From Octopus vulgaris (Eukaryota): DNA of 64,000 bases. A program made the translations under genes and the position numbers. The stretch's first letter is position 1. Each line of letters opens with the position of its first letter. The DNA lies in assembly GCA_951406725.2 (NCBI GenBank), contig OX597833.1, forward strand, positions 34,224,001 through 34,288,000, in the 5' to 3' direction. This document shows, one piece after another, positions 10,651 to 22,803 of the stretch. Below the pieces are notes generated by a model, which saw only the letters and a program-made list of their open reading frames with translations, ran no database searches and was not told where the DNA came from.

Positions 10651-12249
10651 AAGAAAGTCTGCCTCAACCTAGGATGATACAGCAGATGATACAGGTGACT
10701 GAGATAAAAGATACATAAATAAGACAATAAAACATAATTTTATCATGGGGGAAGGAGGAAATATAGAAATAAATGTGTATACTATTTTAACTAAAAACAA
10801 GGAGCAAAAATAATAAAAAAACATAATAGCATTTATATGTCTTCTTGCCATATACATATATGTATGTATGTATATGCATGCCCATGTATGAATGAGTGTA
10901 TATATCTCCTTGTGAGTGTATATATATGCACATAATCAAAGTTTAAATTTTTTAATATATGAACCCTTTCTTAATTCTGCTGAATACTGAAATCAGACTG
11001 TAGGGACGAGAATGGCTCTTTAGTATATCACACGGTCAATACAATAAATATATAATTTGAATGGTACATATATTTGCCAGAGGGGAAAAAGGAGATACAA
11101 CTGCATAGGATGATTAAAAGAAGATTTATTGATATAATAACATGTGTGTCTGTGTGCGCGTCATAGATACAGAAATAAATTGACAGGCCATTGTGAGAAG
11201 AAAGTTTATGTGTATGTGTGTATAGGCATGGATGTGCGTGTTTGTTGTGTATGTTTAAGGATGTTGATAAGTAGACAGTGAAAAAGTCTATAAAGAAAAG
11301 TGAGAAGAATGTTCATAGACACAAATAAGATAAATAATACCAGTTCATAGTCATTAGTACACGGTAGTTGAAATACTGTATCACAAAGTCATGGCCATGA
11401 TGCTGAGCTGGTTGCAGGTACATGTCGTACGTGAAGTCATGGCTGTGATGCTGCTGCCTGGGTCACTTGGTACAGGAGTTTTTGCAGGTTGTATGTTCAC
11501 TGTTGATACATGGTGAAGTAATTCATGAACAGAGAAGTGTTGGAACCTGGACAAGTTGCTTGCTGAGCTGTGTACATAAGGAGATGATGTTGATGACATT
11601 AAGAAGATGATGTTGGTGATGAAGATGGAGGTTACTGTAATGCTGCTGGACGAAGTTGGTAAGTTTCAACGTGGCTGCTGTGGTGTTGTCGCTGGAACTG
11701 GCTGTGTCTACATGGTCAGTGCTTGACCTTAAAAGGTTAGAAACCAAAGATGTGTATTGAGGAAAATGCTAGGTTTTTATAGAAAGAAGTAGGCTTGAAA
11801 TAGGGTTTGAAGAAGGTTGTTCATGTGATGCTATCTAAAGTCTCTGACTGGCTATATCAGTTGGCACAATAGAGTAGGAGACAAATTGCACCAATACCAA
11901 CCAATTAGAGTAGTGGACACAATGGGATACAAACAGTGGCCAAAGGCCTGTTGGTTCCTGCTGCATTCGAATATATTTATAGAGTCTATGCTACAAGACC
12001 AACTTGGAGAAACTATGATGTCGCTTATAAAAATTATGATATCATTTACACCATAGACTTGGATGACTCTACCTAAGCATGCTAGCAGTTAATTTGGCCC
12101 TTTAATATCATATTACGAAATGAAAATCAGTGCTACTGCATAAAATGCTCTTCTTTTTCACATCATCTTCAGAAGATCAATAAAGTTTATTTGCCAACAT
12201 GGTGAAAGGAACAGTTTAGCTACCAAGATGTCTAAAACAGTGAATCACA

Positions 12250-12810
12250 TAGTTAGGAGGGTTTCAACTTCCAAGCACAATATTCAACAACAGGAAAACC
12301 AATCCATTTTATTGATGTCAACAAAGATACACCTGTTTATGAACTTCTGACCACTGATAATCGACAAAGCCCACCCTAGCCATATTAAGCACTAGCTCAA
12401 TTACAGAATATATATGATCCCTATTTGTTCTAAGTGAGACTATTTCTATTCTGTATACTATCATCATAACATACAAACACCCTGCTGAAGTAACATTATA
12501 CTACTATGCTTGACCCATAAATTACTATGTAACCTGATAATACCAAAGTGGTTTACTGAACTCTCAAATACCATCCACCACCAACTAACTAATACCAGAA
12601 GATTGTTTGCTCTACTACTTGGAGTGTATATAGAATGAACTAGTGTCACTGCTTTACCAGAATTTTTGATAAGAAAAGACCAAGTGGAAAATCCAAACAA
12701 ATCTCATTTTTAAACTTTCTTCATTCTGACTGTATAGCTGAGGAGGTTGATACATATCTGAAGCCCCAAAACTCTAAGTGATATGGAGCTGAATCAATTT
12801 GTCGTGAAGT
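12250..12810 (+). mobile_element. Highly degenerate Penelope-like element remnant (RT C-terminus and GIY-YIG region)
   Basis: Fragments GKPIHFIDVNK, HPSHIKH, ICSK and VYIE*T resemble the Penelope FLDV, HPxHxK, ICS and YIGxT motifs in the expected order. Confidence 0.45.
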
Positions 12811-13444
12811 TGTGTGTGTGTGTGTGTGCATGTGCGTGCATGTGCATGTGTGTATGCATGCATGTGTATGGATGTATAGTGTGTATACTTATATATATAT
12901 ATATATATTTACATACATACACTGATGAATATGTGTTTGTGTATATGGGTATATATATATATATACATTTTCTTTTATTTGTTTCAGTCATATGACTCTG
13001 GCCATGCTGGAGCATCGCCTTTTCTGAACATGTATACATATATGTGTGTCTATGTATGGATATTTATGTATATATGTAGATGTATATGTAGCAATTTTTA
13101 TATCCTACTTAACATGGATTTATTGTTTGAACACTGTATTACTGCAGTGTTTGCCTTGAGAGATACTCTTATAGACATACTGTGCTAAAAGCACAGGTAT
13201 ATCATTAGCAGATGTCTAGTATGGATAATGAAACTGCTAGATCATGTGATTTCAGCATATATGCACTTCGTTGGTAGCAGCCCTCCATTAGTTGCATGCC
13301 AGCCAAATTTCACTGCTCACAATATATAGAGAAACTGACTGTTCACTGCCATAATATGGCATTCTAACAATACATCAACATTAAGTAGGATATAAAGATT
13401 GCCATTTGATGCTAATACTGCTTTCATCACTAATATTTATTTTT

Positions 13445-13711
13445 ATCACTCTCGGTACATGTCCTTAGATTGCACTGTCCTCAGATTGACACCCAAACAC
13501 TCTGAAATGTTTATAATGGAGTTTCCGATGCAAATCAGTACAACATGTTTCCAAATTTCTGGCAGAGTGAATTGTATCATGGTGCTGTTTTTCTCACAGG
13601 TGGTGCCCAACTGATCCAACTATACTAAGTAGTCGACAAAATCAAAAACAAACAATGTGCATGTGGGAAATTAAAAATATACAATGGCAACAATTTACCC
13701 ATTGCACCCGG
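13445..13711 (-). mobile_element. maT/Tc1-mariner 5' end fragment with TIR
   Basis: Reverse complement of 37546-37810 (GTGCAATGGGTAAATTGTTGCCAT TIR), next to (TA)n. Confidence 0.75.
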
Positions 13712-13742
<31 letters not shown>

Positions 13743-13914
13743 GGTGCAATGGGTAAATTGTTATGATAAATTGTAAATGATAAAAGGTGTTTTTTTTCTA
13801 ATTTATTTATACATATTATAATTTGTGAAATTTGATTTAGTATTTCTAAATTGAATTTTTCCCTGTAAGTTTGGAATAATATTCCCTCACATTATATATA
13901 TATATATATATACA

Positions 13915-14636
13915 TGAGCAGAATTTAGAATTTAGGTTAGTTGAAATATGTTTGTCAGATATTTCAAGTGCTTACACTACAGTTATTGTGGAGAAAAAAT
14001 CTGTATGGTAAAAAGGTGTGAAAACACCCAATTCGTGCAGTGTTGCTCTCTTTTAGGAATCCCAGATATTTATGTTTTGAGTTTTTGAGACAACTCTGAA
14101 TGAACTTAATAAAGCTGTAGCATTATATATAATACATTATATATATAACACATTGACTGATGTGCACTAGCAGATTGCCTGATCGAGGTAAATAACGGAC
14201 CATTGGTGCAAAGCAGTGTTTCTTCAGTTTTTCTAAACCCTGTCAAATAACTTGGAAGGTTGGACCTCCAACCAGGCCTTTCACAATGCTCTTAAAGCTA
14301 GGAACTTTTCAGCACCCCTTGTATATCTTGGCCACATAATGTATGTGTATATATATATATATATTTATTTTTTTTTTTTTTTTTTTTTGTACTTGTTTCA
14401 GTCATTTGACTGCGGCCATGCTGGAGCACCGCCTTTTGAGTGGTGAAGGAGTACAGCAGGGATCACCACCTCCTGCCGGAGCCTCGTGGAGCTTTTAGGT
14501 GTTTTTTTCGCTCAATAAACACACACAACGCCCGGTCTGGGAATCGAAACCGCGATCCTCCGACCGCAAGTCCGCTGCCCTAACCACTAGGCCATTGCGC
14601 CTCCTATATATATATATATTTTTTTTTTCTTTTCGT

Positions 14637-14673
<37 letters not shown>

Positions 14674-14892
14674 TTTGATAGTTATATATATTTAATAGAA
14701 AAAATAAAAATTTAAAATTTAAAAAAATTATAAATATAAATTAATAATTTTAATTTTAAATTTGAATAATTTAAATTTTTAAATTTTATATCTTATATAT
14801 TTTGTATATTATATTAATTATTTTTATTTTTATGTTTTGGTTTATGGTTTTCACTGTTTGATTTGCCTAATAGTGGTTTTATCTCTAATTTA

Positions 14893-14940
<48 letters not shown>

Positions 14941-15670
14941 GCTATATATGTCAGAGCATTGGTGCAAAGCAGTGTTTTAGGTATGAGAAGGTTAGTTGAA
15001 ATATGTTTTAGCAGTTAAAATATGTGACAAACATATTTACCTGGATTGGGCAATCTACTAGTGCAAATCAGTCAACATGTTGACTGAATTATATATAGAG
15101 CTACAGCTTTATTAGTTCGTTCAGAGTTGCCTCTCTTAGGTACATATCATTGACAAGTGTCAAAAAACTCAAAACATTGATGTCTGGGATTCCTAAAAGA
15201 GGGTGACACTAAACGAATTGGGTGCTTTCACACCTTTTTACCATAAGAGAGATTTTTTTCTCCATGGTAACTACAGTGTATTTGTCTTTTAACAGTTGAA
15301 ATATGTGACATATTTCAAATAACCTAAATTCTGCTCATACCTAAACACTGCTTTGTACCAATGCTCTGATATACATGTGTGTGTGTCTGTGTCTGTCTGT
15401 CTGTCTGTCTGTCTGTGTGTTTTATATATATACTTATACATTATGTGGCCAAGATATACAAGGGATTGCTGAAAAGTTCTTGGCTTTGAAGTATTGCGAA
15501 AGGCCTGGCTGGAGGTCCAACCTTTCAAGTTCTTTTACAGGGTTTAGAATAATTGAAGGAGTGCTACAGTAAGTGTATGGATCTAGGAGGGGAATATGTT
15601 GAATACAATCATAATCTACTGATCCTCCTGTATTTTATTTTACTCAAAGCCAGGAACTGTTCAAACCCCC
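13915..15670. mobile_element. Two oppositely oriented composite copies of the same DNA-transposon-derived repeats, flanking a SINE and (TA)n tracts
   Basis: 13990-14175 is inverted at ~15050-15270 and 14228-14343 at ~15437-15550. Confidence 0.65.
14390..14604 (-). mobile_element. Young tRNA-derived SINE (octopus OR-like) joined to the common SINE tail
   Basis: Head GGAGGCGCAATGGCCTAGTGGTTAGGGCAGCGGACTTGCGG...GGTTTCGATTCCC has Pol III A and B boxes with CpGs retained. Tail AAGGCGGTGCTCCAGCATGGCCGCAGTCAAATGACTGAAACAAG. Confidence 0.85.
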
Positions 15671-15676
15671 ACATAT

Positions 15677-15945
15677 ATCATCATCATCATCATCATCATC
15701 ATTTAATGTCCGTTGTCCATGCTGGCATGGGTTGGACAGTTTGACTAGGGCTGCCAAGCTGGAAGGCTGCACCAGACTCCAGTCTGATCTGGCAGAGTTT
15801 CTACAGCTAAGTGCCCTTCCTAATGCCAACCACTTCAAGAATGTAATGGGTGCTTTTACATGCCACTAGTATGGGTACCATTTGTGTGACACCAGTATCT
15901 GCCACTACTGCGATTTTACTTGGCTTGATGGGTCTTCTCAAACAT
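15677..15945 (-). mobile_element. RTE-tail/Meta-domain retroposon 3' end with (GAT)n tail
   Basis: Minus strand reads GTGGTTGGCATTAGGAAGGGCA.....CTGTAGAAA ... CCCATGCCAGCATGGACAACGGACATTAAATGATGATG. Related copies at ~24238-24560, 38985-39290 and 43200-43460. Confidence 0.75.
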
Positions 15946-15948
15946 GGC

Positions 15949-16061
<113 letters not shown>

Positions 16062-16859
16062 AAAATAGTAAAGAGTGAAAAAACGACAGAAGGCTTAAAT
16101 GTTAAAAAATATATATATTTGCGTCAAAATGTCTGGAGAATATACATATATATATATGTATGTATGTATGTATAAATGCATTTCCGTATATGTTAATAAG
16201 GTAATAGATATAATTATTATTTTAATTTTTATTTTGGTTACTTTTTATTCAACATTTTATTCAGTTTTGATAAACTATTATGATCTGTTTAATTAACTTT
16301 CTGACCCCATATTGTTTTGAAACAGGCCTAACGGATACGATTAAAGGAATTAGCCAATTGGAAATAGATCAACAGTTTACGTGACCGCTCCCTGAACCTT
16401 GATATATTTTAAATATTTAATATGCATAGCCAATATCTTAAATGACTGCTCCCTGGCCCCCATTATAATTTTAAATATCGTTATATATTTAATACCCATA
16501 CTTCAACGCAAACCTTGGACTTAATTTAAGTAGGACACAGAGTTTAGTTGCTACTAATTTTTTAAAAACTAAATTCATTTGATTTTGCGGATATATACTT
16601 TAATATCCATACAACAGGAATGTAAACACTGTGAAATCTAATATGCATATAACGGGGCTTATATTTTGTGGAATGGACCCTACCTGGATCTGTAATTTGG
16701 ACTGAATGTTTTGGATACTTGAATTTAGCCTTTTCGTGTTGGCGGATGCACTAAGTACTATTTAGATTTTGTTTGTATAATATATTCATACACAAATATC
16801 TTGTTTGTGCATATGTTTATATATATATATATGTGCAAGTGTGAACTTTTATACTTGAC

Positions 16860-17500
16860 CACTATACTAATACGTAACTGGACAGAATAAATTGACAATC
16901 TATAAATGTCTTTGAATAACCAGTCACTCATCTGGGAAGGCCTTGAAATCAATGTTACCATGTGGGGACTATGTGTGACACAGTGATAATAAAAAGACTG
17001 AAAGGAGGTCTGCAATCAAATAACTTTACTCAACACTTTGCAACTGAATCAGTGGAAGCAAAGATGCCTCTCATTTACTTGACAATTTATGCACCACATT
17101 GCAGAAATCACAATGTAAGTGTATGTCAAAGCAAACTGTCACACTGTTGTACCATTGAATTAGAAATAATGCTCAACATTTATGCTCGGGTAACCCTACA
17201 GCTTCCAAGAGCACAACTGTATTCATTTTTGCTTAGATAAAATGACAAAATTGTGGGTGTTAAGTCCCCATAGAGGGGTCTTTCTAACTTGTAAGAAGAT
17301 GAAATTTTATAAATATTACTTCATTTGTGTTTAATATCTATGGTTAAAATTTCATCAACAGCAAAAATATATGAATTGTCATGGGGATTATGGCCCTTAT
17401 GCATAGAGTATAATTTCCAAATTTCATAAAGATCCATTCAGTACTTTTGACCTAGTTTTGGATCATAAAAGCAATAACTAAAGTTTGAGAGTTAAGGCTC
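16860..17500 (-). mobile_element. Internal fragment of the non-autonomous Helitron also present at 62229-63757
   Basis: 16860-17260 aligns closely by eye with 62866-63270, and 17405-17497 with ~63278-63372. Confidence 0.75.
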
Positions 17501-17510
17501 CCATTAGGGT

Positions 17511-17583
<73 letters not shown>

Positions 17584-17896
17584 CAGATAGATAGATAGAT
17601 AGATATAGATATAGATATACACACACACATACAAAGATAAATTGATAGATACAACTGAGTGGGTAAACAAAAATATGAGACACTGCCTAGTGCTTTTTTT
17701 ATGTTGATAAGCCTGGTACTTATTCTATTAGTTTGTTCTTGTCAAACAAGTAAGTTATGTGGATGTAAGTAAATGAACAGCAGTTGTGAAGCAGTGATGA
17801 GGGAGAAACACAAAGACACACACATAGACTTACATATATACATACATATATATACGATTGATTTGTTTCAGTTCCTGTCTACGAAATCCATATATA

Positions 17897-20592
17897 TTGT
17901 TGTTGGCATCCTTTTTATCTCAGAAAACAATGGAGTTGCGCATAAAATAGTCTAGTCTGGCTTTTACATTTCATGTCCTAATACATCTCCTGCTGTGGTT
18001 ATGTAGTCCTATCCTGGACAAACACTCCCTCTGGTAGGTGCCGCAAATGTAGCGAAGACTTTGCCTGGCTGGTTGTAATGTCATAGTTTTTTTTGACGTC
18101 TTTTCTTGTCTTTCCATTTCTCCTCTCTCTCTCTGTCACTCCTTTCCTCTTTTACGGTATGTCGTCAATCTCCACGGTTGCTGGTAACTGCTTCCCAGTT
18201 GGTAATATTGATGTTGCAGGCATTCATGTCCCTTTTGCAAACATCCTTGTATCGTAAGAACGGTCTTCCCACAGACCTAGTGCCCCTAGCAAGCTCTTCG
18301 TTGAGTATGTCCTTGGGGATTCTGCCATCTTCCATAAAGCTAACATGTCCAAACTATCTCATACGTCTATGTGTGAGGAGTGCAAACATGCTTGGTATTC
18401 CTGCTTGCTTGAGGACATCTTTGTTGGGGACATGATTCTGCCATTTGATGCAAAGGATTTTCCGGAGGCAGCGCAGGTGAAAGATGTTTAGGCGATGCTC
18501 ATGGTGTGTGTATGGCGTCCAAGTCTCACTTCCATACAGTTGAGTGCTAAGTACACATGCCTGGTAAATCTTCAATTTTGTGGTCTTGGTCAGCTTATTG
18601 TTGTCCCATGCTCATTTGGCGAGTTGGGCCATCACAGCAGCTGCCTTGCCAATGCGTATATTGAGCTCAGCAACAAGGGATAGGTTGTAGGTGACGGTAG
18701 AGCCGAGATAGGTAAACTTCTCCACCTCCTGTAGTCTGTGGTCTCCAATATGTATGTTTGGGATGTCTGATGTAGCCCGAGCCATGATGTTGGTCTTCTT
18801 GAGGCTGATAACTAAGCCAAAGTTGCCACATGCTTGCTCAAACAGTTGATGAGCCTTTGTAGGGCTTCTTCTGTGTGTGATACCAGAGCGGCATCATCAG
18901 CAAATAGCATCTCCTTGATCAGGACGCTTCTGATTTTGGTCTTAGCACACAGACGTGAGGGATTGAACAGTTTCCTGTCACTTCTACTGTGCAGAAACAC
19001 TCCATCATCTGATGTCTCAAAGGCATGTGACAGCAGCAGTGAGAAGAAGATGCCAAATAATGTAGGAGCAAAGACACAACCTTGCTTTACCCCATTTTTT
19101 ATTTGGAAGGCGGCTGATGTTGAACCATTGTGCTGTATGTTGCCTTGCATATCATCATGGAAAGATTTGATGATCCTCAGCTGCTTTGGTGGACATCCGA
19201 TTTTTTGAAGCAGGATGAAGAGGCCTTTTCTATTTACCAAGTCAAAGGCCTTTGTCAGATCAATGAAGGCCATATATAATGGTATTTTCTGCTCTCTGGA
19301 CTTCTCCTGAAGTTGACGTATGGAGAATATCATCTCAATAATTGTTCTGCTTCTTCTAAAGCCACACTGCGATTCTGGATAAATTCGAGAAGCAAACAGT
19401 TGCAGCCTGGACAGGATAATGCGAGCAAAGGCCTTTCCAACAGTGCTCAGAAGAGATATTCCATGGTAATTGTTACAATCACCATGGTCACCTTTGTTTT
19501 TGTAAAGCGTAATGATGTTAGCATCCTGCATATCCTGAGGGACTGTACCCTCTTCCCAGCACTGACACAGAAGCTCATGAAGGTGTCGAAGCAGGATAGT
19601 GTTTTTGCCGGTTTTGATGATCTCTAAGGGGATGCCGTCTTTTTCCGGAGCCTTGTTACTTGCTAGGGAGTCAATAGCCTTGGTGAGCTCTGTTATAGAT
19701 GGCAGATTGTCAAGTTCACATATGACTGGCAAGATTTTGACACCCTCGATTGCAGCCTCAGTTACCATGGTCTCCCGTGAGTAGAGATCCTGGTAGTACT
19801 CCACCCATCTATCCATTTGCTTGCTTTGGTCCTTGATGAAATCTCCAGTAGTTGATTTCAGAGGGGCTGACTTGGTTGTGGATGGACCGAGGGCTTTCTT
19901 CAAACCGGCATACATCCCACGGGTGTCACCACTGTCAGCAGCTGACTGGATACTCTGACAAATTTCCTGCCAATACCTATTTGCACAGCGTCTGGCAGTC
20001 AGTTGGGTTTTATTTCTTGCCTTTCTGAGTTCTTTGAGTGACTTTGTAGAAGAATCACTCTTGTATTGCATCAGAGCTGCACGCTTTGCTTCGATAACTG
20101 TTTCCAGCTCTGAGAGCCCAGCACTGAACCAATCTGGGTTTTGCCTTTCTCTCATGCCAAAAGTATTTATTGATGTGTTATACAAAGCTTCCCTGATATA
20201 ATTCCATCTACTTTCAGCAGAAGAGGTTGGGTAGCTACTGAGGGCAACCTTGATAGAAACAGCAAAACATTGTCGCAGTGTAGGGTCCGAGGTTCTGGCA
20301 GTGTTAATGCATGGTCAGCCCATTTAGGCAGAATCCTCACCCTGCTTCTTATTAGTGAATGATCTGTGTCACAATCCATGCTGTGGTAACTACGGGTCAG
20401 TTGAACAGAATTCAGAAAGGATCTTCATGTAATGATGAGATCCAGCTGATGCCAGTGGTGAGATCTTGGATGTCTCCAAGATATTTTGTGGGATGTCTTG
20501 TTGGCAAAGAATGTGTTAGTGATGCACAGGTTATGGCATGTGCAAAATTCAAGTAGTCTCTGACCATTGTCATTCATGTTGCCAATATCAAA
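17897..20592 (-). mobile_element. 5'-truncated RTE (BovB-like) LINE
   Basis: APE C-terminus (NDNGQRLLEFC...ITNTFF...SWRHPRSHHWHQLDLII, DCDTDHSL), RT ORF, C-terminal ICGTYQRECLSRIGLHNHSRRC knuckle, and a GGATGCCAACAACA 3' tail. Confidence 0.95.
18812..20185 (-). pseudogene. RTE reverse transcriptase, longest remaining open segment (457 aa), frameshifted at both ends
   Basis: NYHGISLLS, PESQCGFR, LYMAFIDLTKAFD, GVKQGCVFAP and LFADD motifs. Confidence 0.95.
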
Positions 20593-20754
20593 ACACATAC
20601 ACTTACGATTGATTTGTTTCAGTTCTTGTCTATGAAATCCATATATATGTATACACACACACACAACACACACACATACAAAGATAAATTCATAGATACA
20701 ACTGAGTGGGCAAACAAAAATAAGAGACACTGGGTAGTACTTTTTTTATATTTT

Positions 20755-21064
20755 GATAAGCCTGGTACTTATTCTATCAGTTTCTTCTTGTGAAACCAGT
20801 AAGTTATGGGGATGTAAATAAACGAACACTAGTTGTGAAGCAGTGATGAGGGAGAAACACAAAGACACACATAGACTTACATATATACATACATATACAT
20901 ACAATTGATTTCTTTCAGTTTCTGTCTACAAAATCCACTGACAAGGCTTTGGTTGGTCTGAGGCTATAGCAGAAGGCACATGCCAAGTTACCACAGAGTG
21001 GGACTGAACTGAGAACCATGTGTTTTGGAACCAAGTTTGTTACCACACAGCCACACCTGTACCT
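20755..21064 (-). mobile_element. Octopus tRNA-derived SINE (same family as 54137-54540), decayed
   Basis: Reverse complement GGTGTGGCTGTGTGGTAA...GTTCAGTCCCACT...GTGGATTTTGTAGACAGAAACTGAAAGAA...GAATAAGTACCAGGCTT. Confidence 0.8.
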
Positions 21065-21374
21065 ATGTATGTGTGTGTGTGGATGGGGGGCTGTATGTAT
21101 GTATGGGTGTATATATGTATGCATATACATGTATGGCTAGATGTATATATATATAGATGTACATGTAATATGTACACATATATATATACATATATGTGTA
21201 TATATATGTGTACATATGTGTATATATATGTGTATATATATACATCTAGCCATACATGTATATCTATAGAAATACATGTATACATATACAGCTATACATG
21301 TACATGTATACATATACAGCTATATAGATACATGTATGTGTATATATATATATATATATACATCCATATACATA

Positions 21375-21618
21375 CAATAGAGAGATGTTTTTCTTTCACT
21401 TTTAACACATAAGATTGAAATAGTGGAGAAGATATGATATTGCTGTGGGCTCGTCCTAGGCGAGAGGTTAAACATTTTTTTGCCCATGACACTCCATGGA
21501 CCCTAAGTAAGGCATGCGTAAAATTTGAATGAAATTGGTTGTGTAGTTCTCAAGTTTTAGGGATTCACACAGACAGACAGACATACACACACACATTCTC
21601 AGTTTTATATATATATAT
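21375..21618 (-). mobile_element. Non-autonomous Helitron 5' fragment
   Basis: Reverse complement ATATATAAAACTGAGAATG(TG)n(CTGT)n...CCCTAAAACTTGAGAACTACACAACC matches 51160-51510. Confidence 0.75.
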
Positions 21619-21798
21619 TTCACATCCACTTTTCCATGCTTGCATGGATCAGACAGATTACATCATGTCCATACTTATTTACATGGCTGATTGAAAAAAT
21701 GAAGAACACCTCATGCATGGCAGTAGCACTTACTTAATATCATTGCCCAATGTCAAGGCTAGAAGACAATAAAACAAACACTCATACACATGCATAAA

Positions 21799-22123
21799 GG
21801 AGCACTCCGTCGGTTACGACGATGAGAGTCCCAGCTGATATGATCAACAGAACAGCTTGCTCATGAAATTAACGTGCAAGTGGCTGAGCACTCCACAAAC
21901 ACGTGTACCCTAAATGTAGTTCTCGGGGAGATTCAGCGTGACACTGTGTGACAAGGCTGGCCCTTTGAAATACAGGTACTACTCATTTTTGCCAGCTTGG
22001 TTGGACTGGAGCAACATAAAATAAAGTGTCTTGCTCAAGGACACAAGGTGCCGCCGGGAATTGAACTCACGACCTTACGATCATGAGCCGAATGCCCCTA
22101 ACCACTAAGCCATGCGCCTTCAC
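21799..22123 (-). mobile_element. Full-length tRNA-derived CORE-type SINE
   Basis: Head GAAGGCGCATGGCTTAGTGG...GAGTTCAATTCCC, then CORE-like GTGTCCTTGAGCAAGACACTT. A partial copy lies at ~29255-29440. Confidence 0.85.
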
Positions 22124-22341
22124 ACATGCATATATACATACATATATATATATATATGTATATAAGTTATATATACATACATACCTATGTATACATGCAT
22201 GCATACATCCATCCATACATATATAAATACATAGGGTGGTCTTCTTTTAGTTTCTGTCTACCAAATCTACTCACAAGGTGTTGATCTGCCCTAGGATATA
22301 GTAGAAATACTTGCCTAAGGTGCCTATCCATGCCAATATGT

Positions 22342-22379
<38 letters not shown>

Positions 22380-22474
22380 CTGTGTCTGTGTGTGTGTGTG
22401 TAGATTGTTTGAAGTGGTGTACAAATTTTATATATTAAGAAAAATTTTGTATAATTCTTTATTAGTGCTTTCAT

Positions 22475-22803
22475 CTCATTCATGGACACTCCTCAGATAT
22501 AAGTTTTATAGAAAATTTCTTACCTTTTATGCAAATCCTGATGAGAATGTTTTTTGTTTTGTTTTGTTATCTATGTGTATGTGTGTGAATAGAAAGCAAG
22601 AAAGAGAAAATTCTTTTCTGTCCTTCTTTCTATCTTCCTCTCTTTCTTTCTCTCCTCCATTCTTTCCTCTATTATCTTTCTTTGTTTTCTATATATACAC
22701 ACATATAGATAACCAAACAAAACAAAAAAAAAACATCTTCCAGATTTGCATAAAAGGCAAAGAAATTTTCTGCAAAACCTATATTTGAGGAGTCTCAATG
22801 AAT
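22475..22803. mobile_element. Fold-back MITE (~330 bp) with ~135 bp inverted arms
   Basis: CATTCATGGACACTCCTCAGATATAAGTTTT...TTTTATGCAAATC is mirrored by GATTTGCATAAAAGG...CCTATATTTGAGGAGTCTCAATGAATG. Confidence 0.75.

Noticed and set aside
14530-14604. tRNA-like sequences (also at ~22050-22123 and 54137-54205)
   Set aside because: Each continues into a SINE body and tail and lacks a proper acceptor stem. They are SINE heads, not tRNA genes.
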